From an archaeon (GTDB taxonomy: Archaea; Iainarchaeota; Iainarchaeia; Iainarchaeales; CSSED10-239), in the NCBI GenBank assembly GCA_041657425.1, contig JBBABY010000008.1, positions 1 through 32,000 on the forward strand: DNA of 32,000 nt, written 5' to 3'. Positions within the stretch are counted from its first letter, which is position 1. Each line of letters starts with the position of its first letter. A program made the position numbers and the translations under genes. Shown here one piece after another: positions 1-8,327 of this stretch. The notes under the pieces are model-generated. The model saw nothing but the letters and a program-made list of their open reading frames with translations, did no database searches and was not told where the DNA came from.

Positions 1-659
1 AAATCCACATATTTTCTAGAGAGCGCATCTGTCCAAAATAAAACAGAGTGTGTTTGGATCTTTGGGTTTATTGCTTTTAATAATATTTGATATTTTTTAA
101 CCGCAGTTCCGCGTAGGCCACTATCTGTTACTACAATTGGTTTTGTTAAATCTAGTTCTTTTGAAATTATTGTTTTAAGATTTCTTAATTCTGCAGTATT
201 TGGTAATTGTTCAGATATCTGTTTTAGTTTTTGGCCATTTGATTTTATAGATATAAATTGATATTCAAGATAATCTAGTTTTTTAAGATAATTAGATATC
301 TCTATTTCTGCATTAAGTGTTATTTTTGCAGGTTTAAATTGTTCTTTTCTAAAACCGTATTTTGAGCAAAGTTCTCTAGCGATATACATATATGGTAAGG
401 CGTCTCTATCTAGAAATACAAATTCTGCATTTTTCAGTTTTGGATTTATTGCAAATCTCTTAAGCATATTGTCAGTATGTTCAATTAAATATATTGACAT
501 CTTTCTATATTTTTTATAATTTATTGGAATTGTTTCTTTAAGTTTAATTTTATCTATTTTCTTGTCAGGTTTAATTCTCTTGAATTTTCTAACTAAGTTA
601 TCTACTAGATATTGGGTTCTTGTTTTTCCAATAACTTTTAAGGTTTTGATTATTGCCAT
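1..659 (-). CDS. hypothetical protein (N-terminal ~219 codons; C-terminus lies beyond the left window edge)
   Basis: Absent from the supplied ORF track because it runs off the edge. The minus-strand frame is open from the ATG at 659-657 down to position 3, with no TTA/CTA/TCA triplets in that plus-strand frame. It translates MAIIKTLKVIGKTRTQYLVDNLVRKFKRIKPDKK... I recognise no family. Confidence 0.5.
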   Translation of the reverse strand, partial: MAIIKTLKVIGKTRTQYLVDNLVRKFKRIKPDKKIDKIKLKETIPINYKKYRKMSIYLIEHTDNMLKRFAINPKLKNAEFVFLDRDALPYMYIARELCSKYGFRKEQFKPAKITLNAEIEISNYLKKLDYLEYQFISIKSNGQKLKQISEQLPNTAELRNLKTIISKELDLTKPIVVTDSGLRGTAVKKYQILLKAINPKIQTHSVLFWTDALSRKYVD

Positions 660-686
660 AGTTGTCTAGTTTTTTAGTTTATTAAA

Positions 687-760
687 TGAGTTTGGGAGGA
701 TTTGAACCCCCGTCAGCAGGTCCGAAGCCAGCTGCACTATCCAGGCTATGCTACAAACCC
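687..760 (-). tRNA. tRNA-Arg (anticodon UCG)
   Basis: GC-rich island in AT-rich DNA. The reverse complement folds as a 74-nt cloverleaf. Acceptor stem GGGTTTG/CAAACTC; D arm GCAT-AGCCTGGATA-GTGC; anticodon arm GCTGG-CTTCGGA-CCTGC with one U-U mismatch. The variable loop is 4 nt, the T arm is GGGGG-TTCAAAT-CCTCC and the discriminator is A. Anticodon TCG with G37. No intron; CCA is not encoded. Confidence 0.85.
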
Positions 761-848
761 ATTTATAAAAATATTCTTTCAATATATATTTATATAAGGA
801 CTTAATTATTAAATAATTCGTTTTTTATGAAAAAAGGAGTGTTAACAA

Positions 849-1004
849 ATGGATAAATGTACAAGCTGTAATAAAGAAGTTACAACCAACTATACACAAT
901 TTAAATGCCCATCTTGTGGTAAAAACAAGGTAATAAGATGTACAAGATGTAAAGCAACATCAAAGACCTACAGATGTAAAGAATGTGGGTTTATAGGGCC
1001 ATAA
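849..1004 (+). CDS. small double zinc-ribbon protein (4x CxxC), the type commonly found upstream of aEF-1beta in archaea
   Basis: Not in the ORF track (51 aa). Sequence MDKCTSCNKEVTTNYTQFKCPSCGKNKVIRCTRCKATSKTYRCKECGFIGP has four CxxC pairs. A GGAGTG Shine-Dalgarno lies about 8 nt upstream, and the gene is followed immediately by aEF-1beta. Confidence 0.65.
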   Translation: MDKCTSCNKEVTTNYTQFKCPSCGKNKVIRCTRCKATSKTYRCKECGFIGP

Positions 1005-1015
1005 GGGGAATAATT

Positions 1016-1285
1016 ATGGGTCACGTTTTAACAGTTTATAAGCTATTTCCTGAAGAGATAGAAGATACAGACCGAATCCAAGAGTTCTTAAAAAGTAATT
1101 CTCCTGGAGAAGAGTTTAGATTAAATACCTTGGAATTAGAACCAGTGGGTTTTGGTTTAAGTGTAGTCATGGTATCTTATGTTTTTTCAGATAAAGTGGA
1201 TGGTCTTTTAGAGAAAATGGAAAATTATCTAAAAGCAATACCAGGTGTTAACGAAATTGAAGTAATTTCTACAACTTTGGTATAA
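1016..1285 (+). CDS. ef1b: translation elongation factor aEF-1 beta
   Basis: From the ATG at 1016 the 89-aa product MGHVLTVYKLFPEE...LEPVGFGLSVVMVSYVF...IPGVNEIEVISTTLV matches archaeal aEF-1beta in length and in the MG..V...K..PE / EP.AFGL / V..IEV pattern. The track start at 983 overlaps the zinc-ribbon gene and is probably too far upstream. Confidence 0.85.
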   Translation: MGHVLTVYKLFPEEIEDTDRIQEFLKSNSPGEEFRLNTLELEPVGFGLSVVMVSYVFSDKVDGLLEKMENYLKAIPGVNEIEVISTTLV

Positions 1286-1325
1286 ACACATTATTTAAAA
1301 ACTATTTCTTTCTTTCTTTTATTAT

Positions 1326-1769
1326 ATGTTTAAAAATAAAGGCCAATTATCAATAGAGGTATTGATTATTTTAATTTTCTTAATTACATTTATATATGTC
1401 TATAATAATCTTGGCGAGCAAACCGTATATACTTTAGAAGTAAATAAGATTAAAGAACAAGAACAAGGAATTGCAATTTCTTTAAATGAATTTTTAGAGT
1501 CTCAAAAAAGTATTCTTTATGATTCAAGTATTATAGACTATAATTCAACTTATAGGCTTTCGAATATATCTATTCCAAGTAAAAAAGTGGTTTGTTACGT
1601 AGATATTAACTTAGATATTAGTCAGATGCTTGTAATTTCTGATTATTCAAATATCAATACAGTTTATAATTCTACAATTAGTAATACTGAGTTTATTCTC
1701 CCACATCGGATTAATTGTGGGCAAGAAATTATTTGTGATTTAAACACAGGTAAAATAGAGTGTAATTAA
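1326..1769 (+). CDS. type IV pilin-like protein (class III signal peptide, QxSxE motif)
   Basis: N-terminus MFKNKG/QLSIEVLIILIFLITFIYVY has a short basic leader, Gly at -1, Gln at +1, Glu at +5 and then a hydrophobic helix. The mature part carries several Cys and N-x-S/T sequons. Confidence 0.6.
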   Translation: MFKNKGQLSIEVLIILIFLITFIYVYNNLGEQTVYTLEVNKIKEQEQGIAISLNEFLESQKSILYDSSIIDYNSTYRLSNISIPSKKVVCYVDINLDISQMLVISDYSNINTVYNSTISNTEFILPHRINCGQEIICDLNTGKIECN

Positions 1770-1771
1770 AT

Positions 1772-2275
1772 ATGATTAAAACTAAAAAGGGGCAGATAGT
1801 TATTTTAGATGTATTGTTTGCAGTAGTTATAATTATACTTATGTTTTTCTTGTTAATGAAACTTGCAGAAGTTCAGGTTTATAAGATTAATTCAGATAAA
1901 CAAATTGAGAAATTAAATAATGTTGGAACTCTTGCTTTCAAGAAAGCACTAAACAATCCACAAATCAATTGTAAAGTTGTAGATTCAGTAAATTCTTTTT
2001 ATTTACCAGGAACAATTCAGGAATCCGCGGTTATCACAAAAAAGACGTTAGGGATTCCAGGAGACTATAATTGTAGTTTTTTAATCTCTGGAGTTAGCAT
2101 TTCTTCAAACGCTTGTAATCAAGTATTAACAGATACAAATGCAGAAAGCTATAACGTAGATTTCAATGTTATCACTTGTAGTGGAAATTATACTAAACAA
2201 AATTATTTTAAATATATAACAGGGGATAGAAGTCCTTCATCTAAGCAAGCAACATTAAAGATATGGAGGAGTTAA
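1772..2275 (+). CDS. type IV pilin-like protein (class III signal peptide)
   Basis: N-terminus MIKTKKG/QIVILDVLFAVVIIILMFFLL resembles the euryarchaeal pilin KKGQI... cleavage context. It starts 2 nt after the previous gene. The mature domain contains Cys. Confidence 0.55.
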   Translation: MIKTKKGQIVILDVLFAVVIIILMFFLLMKLAEVQVYKINSDKQIEKLNNVGTLAFKKALNNPQINCKVVDSVNSFYLPGTIQESAVITKKTLGIPGDYNCSFLISGVSISSNACNQVLTDTNAESYNVDFNVITCSGNYTKQNYFKYITGDRSPSSKQATLKIWRS

Positions 2276-2278
2276 TAA

Positions 2279-2578
2279 ATGAAAAAAGGATTTATATTTA
2301 GTATAACTGCTTTGTATTTTGTAATGTTATTTTTATTATTCTTAAGTTTATTTCTGTTAGTTGTGCAAAAGCCAATCTACAGAACAGATATTTCAGTTTA
2401 TGATAAAACCAATTGGAAAGTCTTGTCTGGGCTACCTTCAGAAACAGAACCTTCAACATCTAGTAATTATGTTTGTGTAGATTATTTAGTTTATGATCCA
2501 GATATGGATTCAAATCTGCAATCAACTATAGAAGTAAAAAAATATTGTGAAAATTATGGAATCCAAAGGTTTGTTTGA
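2279..2578 (+). CDS. small pilin-like protein (putative minor pilin)
   Basis: N-terminus MKKG/FIFSITALYFVMLFLLFLSLFLL, only 99 aa. It starts 3 nt after the previous gene and overlaps the next one. Confidence 0.45.
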   Translation: MKKGFIFSITALYFVMLFLLFLSLFLLVVQKPIYRTDISVYDKTNWKVLSGLPSETEPSTSSNYVCVDYLVYDPDMDSNLQSTIEVKKYCENYGIQRFV

Positions 2579-3683
2579 ATTAATGTTTATGCTTGTAATG
2601 CTTGTTTTGTTGCTACCTGCAACAACTCAGACCACACATATTGTTACAAGTACTGTAGAGACTCAAGTAAATACTTTGGCATTGTTAAGTGATTACGCAA
2701 TTTCAGATGCGTTAGCAGATCAAGCAGCAGTTGATTGTAATATAGATCTTCCAGATATACAAGTTAATCCTTATTTGACAACATTACTTACTGAATTTAA
2801 TAAAACCTCTGGAGCAAACTGTAGTGTTTTAAATTCTGGAGCAATAGTTGGAGCAAATGATTATAATGGAACAATAGACATTGCCTGTAGTTCTAGATCA
2901 AATTCTAATGAAACAAACATCATTAAGAGATTAGCTTATAATAAACAAATAAATACAAATAAAGATACAAATCTGTATAGTTGTGAAGAAAAATGTGCAA
3001 TAAGCATAAAAGATAATTATCAATCAGAATATATTCCTGCCGCATATAACTTTACAGAAACTATCGCAGACTGTACACCTAGTTCTCCTATTACTAATTT
3101 ATTTGAGGACAATTTTGACAATTTATCCACTGATTGGAGCATTAGCAATTTATATAGTGCGATTATTGTTTCAGGAAAATTAGAGACCACTGCATTTATT
3201 GATACTTGGGAAGATACAGGTTATGCAGCAACATATGACTTTGCAACGCCTTTACAAGAAAATTTTGAAATCGTTGCAAATTTAACCTGGGATGGGAATG
3301 GTGTTGCTCAACATTTATTACAGATTCAAGATCAGAATGGCAATTTTATTTACGTAGGTTTGGTTGATGATAATGCTACTGATGAGAATATTACATTAAT
3401 TTCTAGTCTTAATGGAGCAGATGTCTCTGCAAATGATCCATTACCTGTAAATATTTCTACAACAGGAGTTAGATTAATAATTAGAAGTTATAATCAATCA
3501 AATCCTCTATTCTCTCCAATGATAGATATTGAAATTGCAGCATCAGATAGTAGTAGTTCTTATTACACTAATTCTAGAAATTATGTGATGACTGGGATAT
3601 CCCAAATCGCATTAATAAATACCACAGATAGTACAGGTAACGGAAAAATCGCGAAATGGGATTATGTTAAAGTTACTGGCTGA
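2547..3683 (+). CDS. pilin-like protein with a large C-terminal ConA/LamG-like (lectin-fold) domain; candidate adhesin
   Basis: N-terminus (MKI)MESKG/LFELMFMLVMLVLLL. The track start is a GTG at 2547; the ATG at 2556 is equally plausible. There are at least 12 N-x-S/T sequons and several Cys. The C-terminal ~190 aa runs FEDNFDNLSTDWS...NFEIVANLTWDGNG...GVRLIIRSYNQ...GKIAKWDYVKVTG, a jelly-roll-like pattern. Confidence 0.5.
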   Translation: MKIMESKGLFELMFMLVMLVLLLPATTQTTHIVTSTVETQVNTLALLSDYAISDALADQAAVDCNIDLPDIQVNPYLTTLLTEFNKTSGANCSVLNSGAIVGANDYNGTIDIACSSRSNSNETNIIKRLAYNKQINTNKDTNLYSCEEKCAISIKDNYQSEYIPAAYNFTETIADCTPSSPITNLFEDNFDNLSTDWSISNLYSAIIVSGKLETTAFIDTWEDTGYAATYDFATPLQENFEIVANLTWDGNGVAQHLLQIQDQNGNFIYVGLVDDNATDENITLISSLNGADVSANDPLPVNISTTGVRLIIRSYNQSNPLFSPMIDIEIAASDSSSSYYTNSRNYVMTGISQIALINTTDSTGNGKIAKWDYVKVTG

Positions 3684-3695
3684 TTATACTTTTAA

Positions 3696-5486
3696 TTAAA
3701 TAGTATAATAGTATTTATTTTCTTTCTTTTGTTCTTGATCTTTTCTTGAACCTAATTTGTTTGCTCTTGGTCTTTTAGTTTCTGGGTCTTGTCTAAATGT
3801 CATATCTTCTGCTTTTAGGAAACTATTAAATGCATCTTGGACTTCAGTAATGCTTTTTGCATTTCCATTAATCCCTGAAGTTCCATCAAATAATAACATA
3901 CGGTCAGAGATGTAATCAAGTAATAAGAGGTCATGGTCAACAACAAATGCACATTTCTCTGTCTTTGTTATTACATTCTTGATTGCTGCAGAAACAGTTA
4001 GTCTTAGTTCAACATCAAGAAATGCACTTGGTTCATCAATCAAGTAAATATCTGCAGTCTTTGCTAGACAATGAGCAACTGCAACTCTTTGTAATTCTCC
4101 ACCACTAAGTTCAGAAATCTTTTGATTAAATAAACTCTCTAAATCAAGTTGTCTTTTAAGCTCTGAGGCAAAGATTTCTTGATTAATTTCTTTATCCATA
4201 AACAAGTCTCTAATATTAGTTTCTGGATCATAATCAATATATTGTGGTTTATAGGATACTTTTAATTTTATATCCATTGCTTGTTCTGCAGAATCTGGTT
4301 TTTCTAGTCCTGCAAGTACTTTAATAAAAGTGGTTTTACCAATGGCGTTTGCTCCAAGTATTCCAATAACTTCTCCTTTATTGACTTTTGCAGAATCAAC
4401 AGTAAGTTTAAAACTTCCAAGTGTTTTAAAAAAACTTGGGTATTCAAAGAACATTTGTCTTTTAGTTATGGTTTTATCTTGAGCTGAACTAAATACAATA
4501 TTGTAAGTTCTAATTCTAATATTTTCTTCTTTTAAGAAACCATCTAAGAATTCATTAATTCCTTTTTTTGTAGTTTTCTTATTTGAAGAAATTCCATAAG
4601 CTTGTTTCTGTCCAAAAAAGACATGTACAAAATCACTTAAGTAATCAAGTATTGCAAGATCGTGTTCAATTAAAAGCATTGACGTATCTTCAGTTATTTT
4701 TTCTCTTAATATTTTAGCAATTCTAAATCGTTGTTTAATATCTAAGAATGTAGAATATTCATCAAAGTAATAAAGATTTGCTTTCTTTAAAAGAACAGAC
4801 GCAATTGCTACTCTTTGTAGTTCTCCTCCAGAGATTTCTTGTGGAGTTTTGTCTAGAAGTTTTTCAAGTTCTAGTTCTTTAATAATAATTTTCTTTTCTT
4901 TCTCGTCTTTACTAATCCCGTTGATTAATTCGGATATTTTCTTATGATAGACTTTAGGGATATCTTCAACTTTTTGTATCTTGTAAGCAATAGTAATTTT
5001 ATTATTTTTAAGATCTTCAAAATGTGTTTGTATTGCTTTTCCTCTGAAGTATTCAATTACGTCATCAACATTTCCTTTCTTGGTGTAGTCCCCAAAATTA
5101 GGCACAAGTGTCCCAGATAGAATATTAATGGCAGTTGTTTTTCCCGCACCGTTCTTTCCAATAACTCCTGTAATAAATCCTTTTTCAATGGTTGGAAGTG
5201 AGAACAATCTAAATTGGTTTTTACCATATTGATGAAGCGGGTCATCAAGTTCCATTCCTATATTAATAATTGAAATTGCTTTTTGTGGACATCTGTTCTG
5301 ACAGATTCCGCAGCCAGTACATAAACTTTCGTCAATTATTGGATAAAGATTACCAGGTTCAACAATAATTGTTTCTTCATCCATTCGTACACCTGGACAA
5401 AGATGTTTACAAAGATAATTACAACTCTTTGGTTGGCATTTGTCTTTATCAAGAACTGCAATTCTAATGTTTTTTGCCATAATCAT
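3696..5486 (-). CDS. abce1: ABCE1 / RNase L inhibitor homolog (ribosome recycling ATPase)
   Basis: N-terminal 4Fe-4S clusters (CQPKSCNYLCKHLCP, CTGCGICQNRCP). Two ABC cassettes with Walker A GKNGAGKTT and GANAIGKTT and two LSGGELQR signatures. 596 aa. Confidence 0.95.
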   Translation of the reverse strand: MIMAKNIRIAVLDKDKCQPKSCNYLCKHLCPGVRMDEETIIVEPGNLYPIIDESLCTGCGICQNRCPQKAISIINIGMELDDPLHQYGKNQFRLFSLPTIEKGFITGVIGKNGAGKTTAINILSGTLVPNFGDYTKKGNVDDVIEYFRGKAIQTHFEDLKNNKITIAYKIQKVEDIPKVYHKKISELINGISKDEKEKKIIIKELELEKLLDKTPQEISGGELQRVAIASVLLKKANLYYFDEYSTFLDIKQRFRIAKILREKITEDTSMLLIEHDLAILDYLSDFVHVFFGQKQAYGISSNKKTTKKGINEFLDGFLKEENIRIRTYNIVFSSAQDKTITKRQMFFEYPSFFKTLGSFKLTVDSAKVNKGEVIGILGANAIGKTTFIKVLAGLEKPDSAEQAMDIKLKVSYKPQYIDYDPETNIRDLFMDKEINQEIFASELKRQLDLESLFNQKISELSGGELQRVAVAHCLAKTADIYLIDEPSAFLDVELRLTVSAAIKNVITKTEKCAFVVDHDLLLLDYISDRMLLFDGTSGINGNAKSITEVQDAFNSFLKAEDMTFRQDPETKRPRANKLGSRKDQEQKKENKYYYTI

Positions 5487-6721
5487 CCATTGATTAATTT
5501 TTCAAATTGTTTTTCAGTAATTTTTGCACCGAGATATTTAAGTTCATCAACTGTTAAATCATAATATGTGATTAAATCTTTAGTGCATTTATTAGTTTTT
5601 GCAATAATAAAAATAAAAGGGAGATAGTCTCTTAAAATAATTCTTTTAGAGCAATGCATCTTTACTTTTAGTTTTTCAACAATTGCTTTCTGTAAGTTTT
5701 TATCTTTACTTGTGTACATTCTCATAACTCTTGGAAACTGAAAAGGTGTGTAACTGCTTGGTGGTTCTCTGTCTTTACGGGAGTACGCCACACCAACAGT
5801 CAAATAGTCGATAACGTACTTAAGAAGCACCCAATTATTTCCTCTGATTCTTGCGTTATTAATGTCTGCTTTACTAAGGTTATCAAATGCTCTTGCTAAG
5901 TTGTTAGAGTTTTTATATTGTCTTGGGATATTTTCTTCAATCCAAAGAAGTAAGAAATCTCTATCAATATTCATAGAGTCAGTAACATTTCTGGTTTCAA
6001 AGAAATCTTTAGGATAAAAGATTTTTTGTAAAACTTTAAAAACATCTTCGTCTTTTTTTCTGCCGCCAACACTTTCTGTATCTTCAAGTGTAATCTTTCC
6101 AGAGAACGAAAGAGTATAAAGATCAATCATTGTTGCTCTAATGTCATTACTTGAGTTTTCAATTAGCGCACCAAGAGACACAACATCATATTCAATATTT
6201 TCTTTTTCACAAATATCTTTTGCAAATTTCAAGATTGAAGGCTTATGTGGGAGATCAAACTTGACTTGCTCGCATTTTTCAAAAAGTGGTCTAATCTTTT
6301 TATTTTCATAAGGATCATTAGCTATAAATATAATCGGTTGAATGGATTTTTCAATAATCTTTTCAAATTCAGAGAAAAAACCAAAGTCTTCTCCTCCTTT
6401 CTTATCTGCAATAGAATCAATCTCATCAATTAATACTAATCTAGTGGTTCCAAAAAGAGTGTTACTAGTGCATGCGACAGTAAATAAGCTTTTGATTACG
6501 TCTTTATCTCTAAGATCAGATGCGTCAGTATTAAGGATTGTCCATTTGTTTTCTTTAGCTAAAAGGTTAGCAACAAGAGTTTTACCAATACCTGGAGCGC
6601 CATAGATAAATAAAGGTTTCTTATGTTCTTTACTCCACTGCTTAATGGTTTCAATTGCGGGTTTATTTCCAACAACCTCATCAAGGCTTTTAGGAGTATA
6701 TTTATCAAAAAAGCTCTTCAT
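5483..6721 (-). CDS. rfcL: replication factor C, large subunit
   Basis: N-terminus MKSFFDKYTPKSLDEVVGN, Walker A GAPGIGKT and Walker B LVLIDEIDS give a clamp-loader AAA+ layout. At 412 aa it is longer than the ~320-aa small subunit. Its stop overlaps the abce1 start by 4 nt. Confidence 0.85.
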   Translation of the reverse strand: MKSFFDKYTPKSLDEVVGNKPAIETIKQWSKEHKKPLFIYGAPGIGKTLVANLLAKENKWTILNTDASDLRDKDVIKSLFTVACTSNTLFGTTRLVLIDEIDSIADKKGGEDFGFFSEFEKIIEKSIQPIIFIANDPYENKKIRPLFEKCEQVKFDLPHKPSILKFAKDICEKENIEYDVVSLGALIENSSNDIRATMIDLYTLSFSGKITLEDTESVGGRKKDEDVFKVLQKIFYPKDFFETRNVTDSMNIDRDFLLLWIEENIPRQYKNSNNLARAFDNLSKADINNARIRGNNWVLLKYVIDYLTVGVAYSRKDREPPSSYTPFQFPRVMRMYTSKDKNLQKAIVEKLKVKMHCSKRIILRDYLPFIFIIAKTNKCTKDLITYYDLTVDELKYLGAKITEKQFEKLING

Positions 6722-6822
6722 AATATAATATATAATTAAGAAGGTATATAAAAGCTATATTTAGAAATAAAACTATAATTACCTTTTTAAATCATTTGTT
6801 GTTCTACTATTATTAAAAGTGA

Positions 6823-7545
6823 ATGATTATGATTGTAACAAAGAACACAACACTATTAGCAAAGAGTTTAGAAACAATAACTCCGTTAATTCAAGAAACT
6901 AATGTTAGGTTTAAAGATGACGGAATATATATTAAGGCAATAGATAAAACTCAAATACTTTTTGTGGATTTCTATATGTCAAAGAAAGCTTTTGATACAT
7001 ATATTGTTGAATCAGCACTTGTTGGATTAAATATTCAAGAACTAAAGAATATGTTATCAAGGTCCTTTGGAGAAGATAAGTTACAATTAGATCTTAAAGA
7101 CCAAGGATTAGATATTCAATTACTAGGTAAGATTGAAAGAAAATTCTCTGTGCCTTTTTTAGATCTTTCAGAACAAGAAATTAAACTGCCAGAATTTAAG
7201 TACGATATAGAGTTTCAATTAAATGCAGGATTATTAAAAGAAATATTAACAGATATTAATCTTGTAGCGTCCACTATGCAATTTAAGATACAAGATAATA
7301 AGCTAACAATAGAAGCAACAGGAGAGAAAGGCACAATTAAGACAACATTACCAGACATTAAGGTAAAATCAAAAAAGAATTTCTCCACAAAATTTTCTCT
7401 TGCGTTTTTAAAGAACATAGTTAAAGCAATGGATAATGATAAGGAACTATTAGTTAAGATTGCAGAAGACATTCCAATTTACATTGAGTATAATCTAAGT
7501 AAAGACTGTAATATTAAATTTTATTTAAGTTCTATGTTGATTTAA
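6823..7545 (+). CDS. pcn: DNA polymerase sliding clamp (PCNA)
   Basis: The 240-aa product has the PCNA-like pattern (...LAKSLETITPLIQETNVRFKDDGIYIKAIDKTQILFVDFYMSKKAFDTY...) and sits divergent from rfcL. The ATG at 6829 is an alternative start. Confidence 0.88.
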   Translation: MIMIVTKNTTLLAKSLETITPLIQETNVRFKDDGIYIKAIDKTQILFVDFYMSKKAFDTYIVESALVGLNIQELKNMLSRSFGEDKLQLDLKDQGLDIQLLGKIERKFSVPFLDLSEQEIKLPEFKYDIEFQLNAGLLKEILTDINLVASTMQFKIQDNKLTIEATGEKGTIKTTLPDIKVKSKKNFSTKFSLAFLKNIVKAMDNDKELLVKIAEDIPIYIEYNLSKDCNIKFYLSSMLI

Positions 7546-8237
7546 ATACGTCTTGTTATTTTAGTTAATGTTCTTCTTTTGTAAGGACTTATTTTTGGTT
7601 TTTCTATCTTTAGTTTTATTTTGTTAAGATTATCTTTTAATGTCTTAGTTCTCAGTCTATTAAAATTAAGATACCCGTCTTTATCAAAATAAGTTCCAAG
7701 AAGTATTTTTATGAATTTCTTTTTTTCTTCAAAAATTATTAAATTTTTTTTAATTTGTTTAATTCTTTCAGGATCCTTGTTTTTAGAATTTAATTCTTCA
7801 ATCACCTTAGAAAAATGATCTACATATGTTTTACCGCCGATTAATTCTTTTTGGCCAAGATATTGTAATGTATAACCATTGTATAGTTTTGGTAAAGTTG
7901 CTAAAATAAATGTATCAGTTAAAAGTTTCGCCCAATCTTTTGGAGGTTTCTTTTTAGAATTAGATTTTATTCCTTGTATACTGTGTATAGAAATACATTT
8001 TTCAGGAGAAATTCCAAAATTAAGAAGTCCAACAGCTAATCCATTTTGTCTTAAGCAAAGTCTTGTTCCAAATCTCTCTGATTTAAAAATGTGGCCATCA
8101 GGATATATCCATTGTCTTTCAAAAGTTATTGAAAATCCTTTAGGTAATGGAAGCATTACTATATTTTTTAATATTTCTTCTTTAAGTTTCTGTGCCTCTT
8201 TTATTTCTTTTAAGGCTTGTGCATATTCTTCATCCAT
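7542..8237 (-). CDS. hypothetical protein with a Lys/Arg-rich C-terminal tail
   Basis: 231-aa ORF that exactly fills the gap between pcn and lonB. It has an N-terminal coiled-coil-like stretch, a central domain containing CISIHSIQG and a basic tail ...KIKLKIEKPKISPYKRRTLTKITRRI. I recognise no family. Confidence 0.55.
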   Translation of the reverse strand: MDEEYAQALKEIKEAQKLKEEILKNIVMLPLPKGFSITFERQWIYPDGHIFKSERFGTRLCLRQNGLAVGLLNFGISPEKCISIHSIQGIKSNSKKKPPKDWAKLLTDTFILATLPKLYNGYTLQYLGQKELIGGKTYVDHFSKVIEELNSKNKDPERIKQIKKNLIIFEEKKKFIKILLGTYFDKDGYLNFNRLRTKTLKDNLNKIKLKIEKPKISPYKRRTLTKITRRI

Positions 8238-8327
8238 ATCTATAGTTAATAACTAATTATTTTTAAATTAATGTTTCTAGATAAAAAAAGATTGTTAATT
8301 AAGAATTAGAAAAATAGAAAGAAAAAC

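Noticed and set aside
687-760. A U-U mismatch in the anticodon stem and G-U pairs in the acceptor and T stems raised the possibility of a pseudo-tRNA.
   Set aside because: All other cloverleaf invariants are present (U8, G18G19, U33, the TTCAAAT T-loop, correct arm lengths). Single mismatches at 29-41 are tolerated in functional tRNAs.
983-1015. N-terminal extension of aEF-1beta (MWVYRAIRGII...) given by the ORF track.
   Set aside because: It overlaps the 3' end of the zinc-ribbon gene, and homologs start MG... The ATG at 1016 follows a purine-rich AAGGGGAA element.
6722-6822. The replication-gene neighbourhood (RFC-L, PCNA) suggested checking for a replication origin.
   Set aside because: The spacer is only ~100 nt and contains no repeated ORB-like elements. 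No orc1/cdc6 gene is present in the window.
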